A stretch of 64,000 nucleotides of DNA, from the NCBI GenBank assembly GCA_963666485.2, contig CAXXUO010000001.1:160001-224000 (forward strand), given 5' to 3'. This document shows positions 52,245-61,057 of this stretch, one piece after another. Made by a program: the position numbers and the translations under genes. Within the stretch, counting starts at the first letter, position 1. The number at the start of each line of letters is the position of its first letter. The notes beneath the pieces were generated by a model that made no database searches, was not told the DNA's origin, and saw only the letters and a program-made list of their open reading frames with translations. This DNA comes from Syntrophorhabdaceae bacterium (GTDB taxonomy: Bacteria; Desulfobacterota; Syntrophorhabdia; Syntrophorhabdales; Syntrophorhabdaceae).

Positions 52245-54113
52245 GATCTTTTCTACCACCGTTTCCACATCCAGCCCCTGGCTTGCCAGGACCTCGTCTG
52301 TTTCGCCGGACGCGCCGTAACTTGTCGCACCGAAAGACATGAGCTTGCCCTTAAATCCGGCCTTGAGAAGACCTGCGGTGACGACCGGGGCTATGCCGGT
52401 CCTGACGTTGTGGTCCTCGTAGGTTACGATCACGGGCAGGGCCGCCAGCTTCGCAATCGCCGCATCGTCCGCCTCGTCTACGCACGGCATATTTATGACG
52501 GCAAATGCCTTTCCCTTTTCCGCCAGCTTTTCCCTGACCGCAAGCGCCTTTGAAACGAGGCCGCCGTACGTGATTATGGCCCCGTCCGTGCCCTCCGCCA
52601 TGGTATCCATTGCGCCGTACCGGAAGACATAATCGCCGCCGAAACAGGGTTGCCCATCCTTGCCGTACATGACGGGCCAGCGGTTGCGGCCGGTCGCGAC
52701 AAAGAAATTGCCCTTTGCCCCGGCTATGTACCGTATGACCCTGTCCGTCTGGTTCGGGTCGCACGGCACGATGATCTTTGCCCGGTACAGGCCGCGGACA
52801 AGACCGATATAATCGACGCATTGGTGGGTCTTGCCGTCAGGCCCGACATCGAGGCCAACGTGCGTGATGACCGTTTTGAGATTCGTGTAGTTTATGTCAT
52901 TTATCCGCTGCTGGTTGTACACCTCGTCAATCCCGAATACACCGAAGTCGGCAAAGAATGTCAGTATGCCGCGGGTCGACATCGCTCCCGCGACCGTTGC
53001 CGTATTGTGTTCCTGAATACCCCCCTGGAAAAAATTCTCCGGGTACGCCTTTGCAAAATCGGCCGTTTTCACGGAGCTTGCGAGGTCGCAATCGAAGGCC
53101 GCCACGTGACGCCCGTTGGGGATGTTCCGGTCGCCTATATCTTTCAGTGCCTTTCCGAACGCAGTACGGTTGTCGACCTTATCCGACTCATTATAGGTAA
53201 AAGGTGTACCTGTATCGATTGCTTCTTCGAAGTCCGCCGGGACAAGGTTGAAAGTCCATTTCCCCTTTCTGAGGTCTTTGTAATACTCCAGTCTGTCCTC
53301 GAGGCCGAGTATTGCCATCGCCTCTTTGTATTCCGCCGCGTTGAGCGGACTGCCGTGATATTTTTCCTTATGCTCCATAAAGGGAACACCGTTGCCCATG
53401 ACCGTATTGGCAATAATGCACACAGGGTTATCGACATCGCGGGCGCGCCTCAAGGCGGCATAAATATCCTGGTGATCGTGCCCGTTTATCTCGATGACGT
53501 CCCAGCCGTCGGAAATGTAGTCCTCGAGTATGTTCTGGGGCATGATAAGGTCGATGCTGCCGCTGATCTGGAGCTTGTTGTAGTCGACGAGGGCCGTCAT
53601 ATTGGACAGTCCGTACTTGACCGCGATGCGGCGCGCTTCGGCCAGCTGGCCCTTCTGCTGTTCGCCGTCGCCCATGAAAACGTAAATGTGGGACGAGCTG
53701 CCGCGCAGCTTCGACGCCATGGCAAACCCCGCTGCAGCGGAGAGGCCCTGCCCTAAGTTTCCCGTTGACCACTGTATAAAAGGGATCCCTTTGACAACGT
53801 GACCTTCGAACGGACTGCCCGTCTTCCTGAAGAATGCGATAACCTCGTCGACGGGCATGTGGCCGAGACGGGCTAAGCTCGCATAGACCCCCGGCGACGT
53901 ATGGCCGTGGCTCACCACGATCTGGTCCGTATTTTTACCGGAAAGGTTCGCTGAAGACAGAACGGTCAGGTAAAGGTCAAGGGATGACATCGACCCGCCT
54001 GGATGGCCCGTACCCGAAAGATGGGTCATCGTGATAATATCGCCTTTCGCGAGGTGGGATAATTCTTTGAGTTTTTCGACCTCTTTATCGGTGAGCTTTT
54101 CAGCATCAAACAT
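52239..54113 (-). CDS. tkt: Transketolase
   Basis: GHPGGSMS, SHGH, TGNLGQG, GDGE...N TPP motif, GIQEH and GPDGKTHQ; GGAGG RBS. Confidence 0.9.
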   Translation of the reverse strand: MFDAEKLTDKEVEKLKELSHLAKGDIITMTHLSGTGHPGGSMSSLDLYLTVLSSANLSGKNTDQIVVSHGHTSPGVYASLARLGHMPVDEVIAFFRKTGSPFEGHVVKGIPFIQWSTGNLGQGLSAAAGFAMASKLRGSSSHIYVFMGDGEQQKGQLAEARRIAVKYGLSNMTALVDYNKLQISGSIDLIMPQNILEDYISDGWDVIEINGHDHQDIYAALRRARDVDNPVCIIANTVMGNGVPFMEHKEKYHGSPLNAAEYKEAMAILGLEDRLEYYKDLRKGKWTFNLVPADFEEAIDTGTPFTYNESDKVDNRTAFGKALKDIGDRNIPNGRHVAAFDCDLASSVKTADFAKAYPENFFQGGIQEHNTATVAGAMSTRGILTFFADFGVFGIDEVYNQQRINDINYTNLKTVITHVGLDVGPDGKTHQCVDYIGLVRGLYRAKIIVPCDPNQTDRVIRYIAGAKGNFFVATGRNRWPVMYGKDGQPCFGGDYVFRYGAMDTMAEGTDGAIITYGGLVSKALAVREKLAEKGKAFAVINMPCVDEADDAAIAKLAALPVIVTYEDHNVRTGIAPVVTAGLLKAGFKGKLMSFGATSYGASGETDEVLASQGLDVETVVEKIG

Positions 54114-54114
54114 T

Positions 54115-54747
54115 TTACTTGCCTCCCATGGAGTAATAATCACAATCCTCGCGCAAGAGACAGCGCGGGCAATCGGGTTTTTTCGCCGTACAGATATACC
54201 GCCCGTGAACTATCATAAGAAGCGAAAAGGGCATCCACGATGGCACGGGGACGAGCGATCTCAAATCCATTTCGATCTTCCCCGGGTCCTTGTTCGCGGT
54301 CAGGCCGATCCGCTGCGACACCCGGGCGACATGTGTATCGACGATGACACCCGGCTTGTTGTAGGCAAGGCCGACGATCATGTTGGCCGACTTGCGCCCT
54401 ATTCCCTTAACCTTCGCGAACGTGTCGATATCGTCCGGGACCTTCCCGTCAAACTTTTTCACAAGGTCAGTTGCAATGTTCTTTATCGCTTTTGCTTTGT
54501 TATGATAAAAGCCTGTCGGGCGTATATCCTCTTCGAGTTCAGCGTCGGGGACGTCAATGTAATCCTGCGCTGTTTTATATTTCCTGAACAACTCTTTTGT
54601 CACCGCATTGACCCGCGCATCGGTGCACTGGGCGGACAAGACCGTGGCAACAACAAGCTCAAGGGGATTCGTATAGGAAAGCTCCACCCGGGGCTCGCCG
54701 TGCATTTCCTGAAGCCTTTTCAAGATCGACGCGATATCTTTTTTCAT
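54115..54747 (-). CDS. nth: Endonuclease III
   Basis: LSAQCTDARVN, HhH GIGRKSAN, VDTHV and C..KKP.C..C.....C Fe-S motif. Confidence 0.95.
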   Translation of the reverse strand: MKKDIASILKRLQEMHGEPRVELSYTNPLELVVATVLSAQCTDARVNAVTKELFRKYKTAQDYIDVPDAELEEDIRPTGFYHNKAKAIKNIATDLVKKFDGKVPDDIDTFAKVKGIGRKSANMIVGLAYNKPGVIVDTHVARVSQRIGLTANKDPGKIEMDLRSLVPVPSWMPFSLLMIVHGRYICTAKKPDCPRCLLREDCDYYSMGGK

Positions 54748-54811
54748 AGCAGGTGCAGAGAATGTAATTTTATACCATTTTGATTGAGAATGTGTCCAAA
54801 AGAAAAAAACC

Positions 54812-54923
54812 GTTCAAAGTTCAAGGTTCAAAGATCAAGGGAAAGACCCTGAATGCGTCCTGCATGATGTGAACCTTTCCAGGGGTTCTTTCAGCCTTGA
54901 ACCTTGAACCTTGAACCTTGAAC
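54812..54923. repeat. Foldback element with inverted heptamer arms
   Basis: Degenerate GGTTCAA-like array at 54812-54840 and (CCTTGAA)4 at 54895-54922, with inner GAAAGACCCT / AGGGGTTCTTTC pairing. Confidence 0.75.
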
Positions 54924-54926
54924 CTC

Positions 54927-56648
54927 TTAGTGCATACCCTTATCCTTCAAAATCCTAATGATTTCTTCAAGGCTGCGGGTGTTGAGGACGTCTTTTTTTT
55001 CCTGCCACCCCTTTCGCGCTATGCAGACGCCGTAGAAGACCTCTGTCAGGCCGGCCATGTTGTGGGCGTCAGGGTTTATCGATATGAGTACATTTTTGTT
55101 TTTGGCATACTGCAGGTAGCGCCAGTCAATGTCGAGCCTGTACGGGCTGGCGTTGAGTTCGATGACCTTGTTGTGGCGCGCTGCTTCGTCTATTATGGCC
55201 CGCATATCGATATCATAACCTTCACGAGAGAGCAGGAGCCTGCCGGTCGGGTGGCCGAGGATGGTCATGTACGGGTTGGCGATCGCCGATATGACACGGG
55301 CCATCTGGTCTTCCCTCTTGAGCTTAAAATTGGAATGGATAGAACCTATGATAAAATCGAAGCCCTTCAGAATATCCTCGTCATAATCGAGGCTTCCATC
55401 CGGCAGGATGTCGCTTTCGATGCCTTTGAAGATGTGGAAATCGGGCCATTTGTCATTAAGCACGTCAATGAGGTCCCACTGCCTCCTGACATCGTCCGTC
55501 TTGAGGCCCCCCGCATAATACGCGCTTTTGCTGTGGTCGGAGATGCCTATATACGTGAACCCCAACTTCCTTGCCGTCTCGGCCATATCCTCCACCGAGT
55601 CCCTGCCGTCCGAGAAATCTGTGTGTATGTGGAAGACGCCCCGTATGTCTTTTTCGGAGACAAGGACCGGAATCCTGCCGGCTTCGGCCGCTTCGACCTC
55701 CCCCATATCCTCGCGGAGTTCCGGGGGGATATAATCCAGCCCTAACCTGTGGTAGACATGTTCCTCGGAATCGGCGGTGACGGGGCTATCGCCATGAAAA
55801 AGACCGTATTCGTTGAGCTTCAGGTTCAGTTTTTTTGCAATTCCCCGCAGGCGGACATTATGCTCCTTGCTGCCCGTGAAATACATCAGCGCGAACGGGA
55901 ACTCGTGGGGTTCGACGATCCGCAGGTCCGCATCGATACCCGAGATAAGCCGGACGGACGTCTTGGTATCACCGGTCAGGTATATCTCCTCTATCCCGGC
56001 AAGCGTCGTGAAAGCAAGGGACAAAGCCTCCCTGTCACCGCCGGCCACGAGAATGTCAAGGTCGCGGATGACCTCTTTCCGCCTGCGTATGCTCCCGCAG
56101 ATCTCGATAAGGCTGCCGGGGAGCTTCTCCTCGAGCCTGTCCCGGATGGCAAGCGCCTGGGGGTAGACATCACCGAACAGGTGCTCCCCTTGATGCTGCT
56201 TCATGAACTCTATGCCCTTGAGGATCTTTTCCTGGGTTTTTTCGCCAAACCCCGTGAGGTTTACGAGCCGATTCTCCCGGCAGGCATATTCGAGTTCGCC
56301 GACGGTCGCGATCGCAAAGGTTTCATACAATTGTTTTATCTTCTTCGGGCCCAGGTTCGGGATCCCGGTCAATTCAAGGAGGGATTCGGGAAATTCGCAT
56401 TTCAGCTCTTCGTAGTACGCTATTTTTCCGGTAGCGTAATACTCGGCGATCTTCCCCGCGATGGCTTCACCAATACCGCGAAGCTCGCGAACGCGCCCTT
56501 CCGCAATTATCTGCTCAAGATTCGTAAGATTGTCCGACAGGACATGTGCCGCGTTCGCATATGCGCGGCATTTAAAGGCGTTCTCTCCCTTGATCTCGAG
56601 AAGTCGCCCGATGTCTTCGAGAATGCTAACGATATTCGCGGCCGGCAT
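54927..56648 (-). CDS. polX: DNA polymerase X with PHP 3'-5' exonuclease domain
   Basis: GSIRR, DLD, DLR and FTGSKEHN; PHP motifs HIHT, SDH, GHPTG and PDAH. Confidence 0.95.
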   Translation of the reverse strand: MPAANIVSILEDIGRLLEIKGENAFKCRAYANAAHVLSDNLTNLEQIIAEGRVRELRGIGEAIAGKIAEYYATGKIAYYEELKCEFPESLLELTGIPNLGPKKIKQLYETFAIATVGELEYACRENRLVNLTGFGEKTQEKILKGIEFMKQHQGEHLFGDVYPQALAIRDRLEEKLPGSLIEICGSIRRRKEVIRDLDILVAGGDREALSLAFTTLAGIEEIYLTGDTKTSVRLISGIDADLRIVEPHEFPFALMYFTGSKEHNVRLRGIAKKLNLKLNEYGLFHGDSPVTADSEEHVYHRLGLDYIPPELREDMGEVEAAEAGRIPVLVSEKDIRGVFHIHTDFSDGRDSVEDMAETARKLGFTYIGISDHSKSAYYAGGLKTDDVRRQWDLIDVLNDKWPDFHIFKGIESDILPDGSLDYDEDILKGFDFIIGSIHSNFKLKREDQMARVISAIANPYMTILGHPTGRLLLSREGYDIDMRAIIDEAARHNKVIELNASPYRLDIDWRYLQYAKNKNVLISINPDAHNMAGLTEVFYGVCIARKGWQEKKDVLNTRSLEEIIRILKDKGMH

Positions 56649-56700
56649 GCAAATAATCGTAATGTTGTCGGGGAATCATGTCAAATAAATTTGCGGCGTA

Positions 56701-56906
56701 CGGCTAACGGCTAACGGCTAACGGCTAACGGCTAACGGCTAACGGCTAACGGAAAAAATAGCACGATAAAGGACCGCCAGCAATTGTACGCAAAGTGATT
56801 GGGGTTCCCGTCGTTCCGGGGCTTGACCCCGGGCATTCAGGGTTCTGTTCTTATGCCTCTTTATATTTTGGATCCGTTTGCCGTTTGCCGTTAGCCGTTA
56901 GCCGTT
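56701..56906. repeat. Foldback element: (CGGCTAA)7, internal REP, inverse GCCGTTW array
   Basis: Arms at 56701-56749 and about 56872-56906; degenerate REP at 56809-56839. Confidence 0.8.
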
Positions 56907-56963
56907 CTAATTTTCTTGCAATCGGGCAGGGCTTTCGGTATGATGCGGGTAAAGGAACAACCC

Positions 56964-57182
56964 ATGCCGGCAAAGAAAAAGACCCTCTATTATACCGAAC
57001 CGCTTTTCCAAGACATGAAAAAGGATTACTGTTACGTCTGCGGAAAGCGGATAAAGCAGAATGAAGGTATCAATGTCGGCAATAACGTGTGGCGCCACAA
57101 GGTTTGCAGACCCGGCAGTGCCCACTGGCTGCGTTCCACCCTCGCAAAAGACGAACTAACTCTGGAAATATTCAAAGCCTAA
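56964..57182 (+). CDS. Small hypothetical protein with CxxC...HxxC zinc-finger-like motif
   Basis: AAGGA RBS; YCYVCG...RHKVC. Confidence 0.6.
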   Translation: MPAKKKTLYYTEPLFQDMKKDYCYVCGKRIKQNEGINVGNNVWRHKVCRPGSAHWLRSTLAKDELTLEIFKA

Positions 57183-57194
57183 AAAGACAAACCT

Positions 57195-57320
57195 TGGATC
57201 CCGGTGTCAAGCACCGGGATGACGTGTTGTGATAATATTTCAGGCCGATTTCCACGCCTTCAGTAAAAATCGCTTGACCAGGCCCAAGAACGCCTTACGC
57301 CTTACGCCTTACGCCTTACG
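57195..57320. repeat. CGTC-type REP and (ACGCCTT)4 heptamer array
   Basis: REP at 57195-57224 is identical to 25646-25675; array at 57290-57317. Confidence 0.85.
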
Positions 57321-57321
57321 T

Positions 57322-57357
57322 AAAAAAAGGCGCCTGACAAATCAGGCGCCTTTTTTA
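57322..57357. terminator. Bidirectional rho-independent terminator
   Basis: AAAAAAAGGCGCCTGA-CAAA-TCAGGCGCCTTTTTT between convergent genes. Confidence 0.9.
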
Positions 57358-57372
57358 TGAGCGTAGCGAATA

Positions 57373-59811
57373 TTAATCGAGTTTCGTTTCGCCGATCCTC
57401 ATGCTGTAGAAGGAGCGGTAGACGAAGATGATTGCGACGACGAAGAAGATGCCGCCGATCACGTATTTCACTGTCTGGCTCTGGATGGTGACTGCGATCT
57501 CTGTCGCGAGAAGGCCGAACAGCGTGGTGAACTTAATGACCGGGTTCATGGAGACTGATGACGTATCCTTGAACGGGTCGCCAACGGTATCGCCGACGAC
57601 AGCCGCTTCGTGAAGGGCTGTGCCCTTTTCTTTCAGGTCGACTTCGACGATCTTCTTTGCATTGTCCCATGCGCCGCCGGCGTTTGCCATAAAGATGGCC
57701 TGGTACAGACCGAAGAATGCGATCGCTACCAGGTAGCCGATGAAGAAGTAGGGGTTAAAGAATGACAGTGCGAGGGCCATGAAGAAGACGACGATGAATA
57801 TGTTCCACATACCCTTCTGGGCATACTGGGTACAGATCTTGACGACTTCCTTGCTGTCCTCGATGGATGCCTCTTCTTTATCGAGGTTGATGTTCTGTTT
57901 GATAAAAACGACTGCGCGGTACGCGCCTGTCGTAACGGCCTGGGTGGCTGCGCCGGTGAACCAGTAGATAACAGCGCCGCCCATGAGGAGGCCCAGGATG
58001 ATCGTAGGCTGAACAAGGCTCAAATGAGAGATGACGTTGCCGAACATGTTCTCGAGCAGGATGATGATGCCGAAAACCATTGTCGTCGCGCCGACAACGG
58101 CCGTACCGATAAGAACCGGTTTAGCGGTTGCCTTAAACGTATTGCCTGCGCCGTCGGCCTCTTCCAGGTAGTCTTTCGCGCCGTCGAAGTTGGGCTCGAA
58201 ACCAAATGTACTCTTGATGTCGGCTGCGATATTGGGGACTGCTTCAATGCGTGAGAGTTCGTACACGGACTGGGCGTTATCGGAAACAGGACCGTAGCTG
58301 TCGACCGCGATCGTAACAGGGCCCATGCCGAGGAAACCGAAGGCCACGAGGCCAAATGCGAAGACCGGCGCCGCAAATGCGAACTTGGCGGGCATAAGGG
58401 CAACGATCGAGGGGTGCTGGGAAACAAGGTACGCAATAAACATGAGGACGAGGATAACAAGGCCTTCCCAGAAAGCGGAGAAGTTACCTGCAACAAAACC
58501 GGAGAGGATGTCGAGCGACGCTCCGCCGTGGCGGGCAGCACCGACAACTTCCTGGACGTGCCGTGATTTCGTGCTGGTAAAAACCTTGGTAAACTCCGGG
58601 ATCAAGGCTCCGGCGATGGTGCCGCAGGAGATGATGATCGCGAGCGCCCACCAGAGGCCCGGATACTTCGAGACGCTGATGTCGCCGAGCAGCATGTAGC
58701 TGGCCCAGAACGTAACGATGATCGCAACGATAGAGGTTATCCATACAAGGTTCGTCAGGGGCTGTTCGAAGTCAAATTTTTTCTTTGATCCGTAGACGGA
58801 AGACGTGATGCCCCTGTTGATGAAATAGGAAACAAGCGAGGTAAGGATCATAAGGATACGCATTGCAAAGATCCAGATGATCAGAACGCCTGACATCATG
58901 GGGTTCGCGGCGAGCGCCAGGGCCAGGAAGGCAACAAGGGCAACACCGGTGACACCGTATGTCTCGAAGCCGTCTGCTGTCGGGCCGACGCTGTCGCCAG
59001 CGTTGTCACCGGTACAGTCGGCGATAACACCCGGGTTCTTCGGGTCGTCTTCAGGAAGATGGAAGACTATTTTCATAAGGTCTGAACCGATGTCGGCGAT
59101 CTTTGTGAAGATACCGCCGGCGATCCTCAGCGCGCTTGCGCCGAGTGACTCACCGATCGCGAAACCGATAAAGCTCGGTCCAACAAGGTCTTTCGGGAGG
59201 AAAACAAGGATACAGATCATGAAAAAGAGCTCGACGCTGACGAGAAGAAGGCCGACGCTCATACCGGAGGTCAGCGGGATATTGACGACTTCAACCGGCC
59301 GGCCGCGCAGTGAGGCAAAAGCTGTCCGGGCATTTGCCCAGGTATTGATCCTCATGCCGAACCATGCAACACCGTAGGAACCGAGGATGCCGAGGATCGA
59401 GCAGATAAGGATGATGACCATGTTGCCGAACGGTGCATGGGAAAGGCCCATGAAGTAATACACCATACAGCATGCGATCAGGATCCAGAGGATGATGAGG
59501 AACTTACCCTGCTGGGCGAGGTAAGACTTACATGTCTCCCAGATAATGGCCGACACGTCAAGCATTGACTTGTGTGCGGGCATATTCTTGGTCTGGTTTG
59601 CCTGCATGACGCTGAAAATGAGGCCGATAATACAGATAACGATACCGAAATACATGATGCCGACGCCGCTCACCGTACTTCCGAAAAGAGAAAATGATAC
59701 CGTCGAAAGGTCCGGGAGAATGATGTCCGCCTCACCGGCAAACGCCGGCAGAGCGAGCAGCATAAACATGAATAACAATGATGCGGTGCTCAAAGCTTTC
59801 TTGATGCTCAT
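57373..59811 (-). CDS. hppA: Membrane-bound ion-pumping pyrophosphatase, K+-independent signature
   Basis: GGIFTKIADIGSDL, DCTGDNAGD, GNTFKA, GGAWDNAKK and GDTVGDPFKD motifs. Confidence 0.95.
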   Translation of the reverse strand: MSIKKALSTASLLFMFMLLALPAFAGEADIILPDLSTVSFSLFGSTVSGVGIMYFGIVICIIGLIFSVMQANQTKNMPAHKSMLDVSAIIWETCKSYLAQQGKFLIILWILIACCMVYYFMGLSHAPFGNMVIILICSILGILGSYGVAWFGMRINTWANARTAFASLRGRPVEVVNIPLTSGMSVGLLLVSVELFFMICILVFLPKDLVGPSFIGFAIGESLGASALRIAGGIFTKIADIGSDLMKIVFHLPEDDPKNPGVIADCTGDNAGDSVGPTADGFETYGVTGVALVAFLALALAANPMMSGVLIIWIFAMRILMILTSLVSYFINRGITSSVYGSKKKFDFEQPLTNLVWITSIVAIIVTFWASYMLLGDISVSKYPGLWWALAIIISCGTIAGALIPEFTKVFTSTKSRHVQEVVGAARHGGASLDILSGFVAGNFSAFWEGLVILVLMFIAYLVSQHPSIVALMPAKFAFAAPVFAFGLVAFGFLGMGPVTIAVDSYGPVSDNAQSVYELSRIEAVPNIAADIKSTFGFEPNFDGAKDYLEEADGAGNTFKATAKPVLIGTAVVGATTMVFGIIILLENMFGNVISHLSLVQPTIILGLLMGGAVIYWFTGAATQAVTTGAYRAVVFIKQNINLDKEEASIEDSKEVVKICTQYAQKGMWNIFIVVFFMALALSFFNPYFFIGYLVAIAFFGLYQAIFMANAGGAWDNAKKIVEVDLKEKGTALHEAAVVGDTVGDPFKDTSSVSMNPVIKFTTLFGLLATEIAVTIQSQTVKYVIGGIFFVVAIIFVYRSFYSMRIGETKLD

Positions 59812-59913
59812 CTATTACCTCCTTGAGAGATGATAATGAATAACCATAATAACCCTGAAGTTGCGGATTGGCTCCCTATTTTAAACATTTTCTTTTTCGA
59901 ATGTCAACGAAAC

Positions 59914-59931
59914 TTAGGAAAAAATTCACAA
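59914..59931. promoter_or_regulatory. Rex-like operator upstream of hppA
   Basis: TTAGGAA-AAAA-TTCACAA just upstream of TTGACA-N18-TAAAAT on the minus strand (59878-59907). Confidence 0.45.
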
Positions 59932-60040
59932 TATGTAATTGCGAGGGGTCAATTATCCTTATTCTATTAAAAACAGAAGGTTGGGAGAAAAGAAGGCTTT
60001 TTTGATCTTCGGTTAATTATTTATTTTATCAAAAAATCAA

Positions 60041-61054
60041 TTACAGGCCCACCCCGTCAAGCGCGGTGCCGCAGAACGAGCAGCCGCCGCCTTTCAGGTT
60101 GTACTCGGTAATACTGTACCCGTACCTGCCGATAACGGTCTTGTGACAGGTCGGGCAATACGTGTTCTCCCCGTCGAGCCCGGGAATGTTGCCGACGTAC
60201 ACATAGTGCAGGCCGGCTTCGATACCGATCTGCCGGGCCCGGGCAAGGGCCTTCGAACTTGTCGGGGACGCATCGAGAAGTTTATACGTCGGATAAAAGG
60301 CGCTCACGTGCCAGGGGACGTCCCTGCCCAGCTCGTCGGCGATAAAATGTGCGATGGCCTTCAACTCATCATCGCCGTCATTGTGTCCCGGGATCACGAG
60401 CGTCGTCAATTCTATCCAGATACCGAGTTTCCTGTGAAGCCGGATCGTGTCGAGGACGCCGGACAATTTTGCCCCGCAGACCTTTCCATAGAAGGATTCG
60501 CTGAAACCCTTGAGGTCTATGTTCGCCGCGTCGAGATAGGGGGCGACCGCCTTGAGCGGCTCCTCTTCAATATACCCGTTTGTTACAAAATTGTTCGCTA
60601 TCCCTTCTTTGCGTGCTATCTTCATGATGTCAAAGGCATATTCGAGGAATATCGTTGGCTCGGTGTACGTGTATGAGATGCTCGTGCACTGAGATGCTTT
60701 CGCTTCCTGAACGATAACCTCGGGCGCTACGTTCTGGCCGAATATCCTTTTGGCCTCGCGCGGCCCCTGGGAAATATCGTGGTTCTGGCAATGCAGGCAC
60801 CGGAAGTTGCACCCGGCCGTTGCAATCGAATAGGCCTTCGTCCCCGGATAAAAGTGGAAAAGCGGTTTCTTTTCTATGGGGTCGACATGGTTCGCACAGG
60901 GGAAGCCGTAGACAAGACTGTAGAGGGTACCGTCGCGGTTCTCCCGGACACCGCATATCCCTCTTTTTCCTTCAGCTATAATGCAATTGTGGCGGCACAG
61001 AAAACAATGCAGGGTCTTTTCGTCCCTTTTTTCCCAGAACGACGCTTCCTTCAT
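60041..61054 (-). CDS. amrS: AmmeMemoRadiSam system radical SAM enzyme
   Basis: C..C..C...G.CGVR, DPIEKKPLFHF, GCNFRCLHCQN, TYTEP and YVYVGN motifs. Confidence 0.9.
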   Translation of the reverse strand: MKEASFWEKRDEKTLHCFLCRHNCIIAEGKRGICGVRENRDGTLYSLVYGFPCANHVDPIEKKPLFHFYPGTKAYSIATAGCNFRCLHCQNHDISQGPREAKRIFGQNVAPEVIVQEAKASQCTSISYTYTEPTIFLEYAFDIMKIARKEGIANNFVTNGYIEEEPLKAVAPYLDAANIDLKGFSESFYGKVCGAKLSGVLDTIRLHRKLGIWIELTTLVIPGHNDGDDELKAIAHFIADELGRDVPWHVSAFYPTYKLLDASPTSSKALARARQIGIEAGLHYVYVGNIPGLDGENTYCPTCHKTVIGRYGYSITEYNLKGGGCSFCGTALDGVGL

Positions 61055-61057
61055 GGC

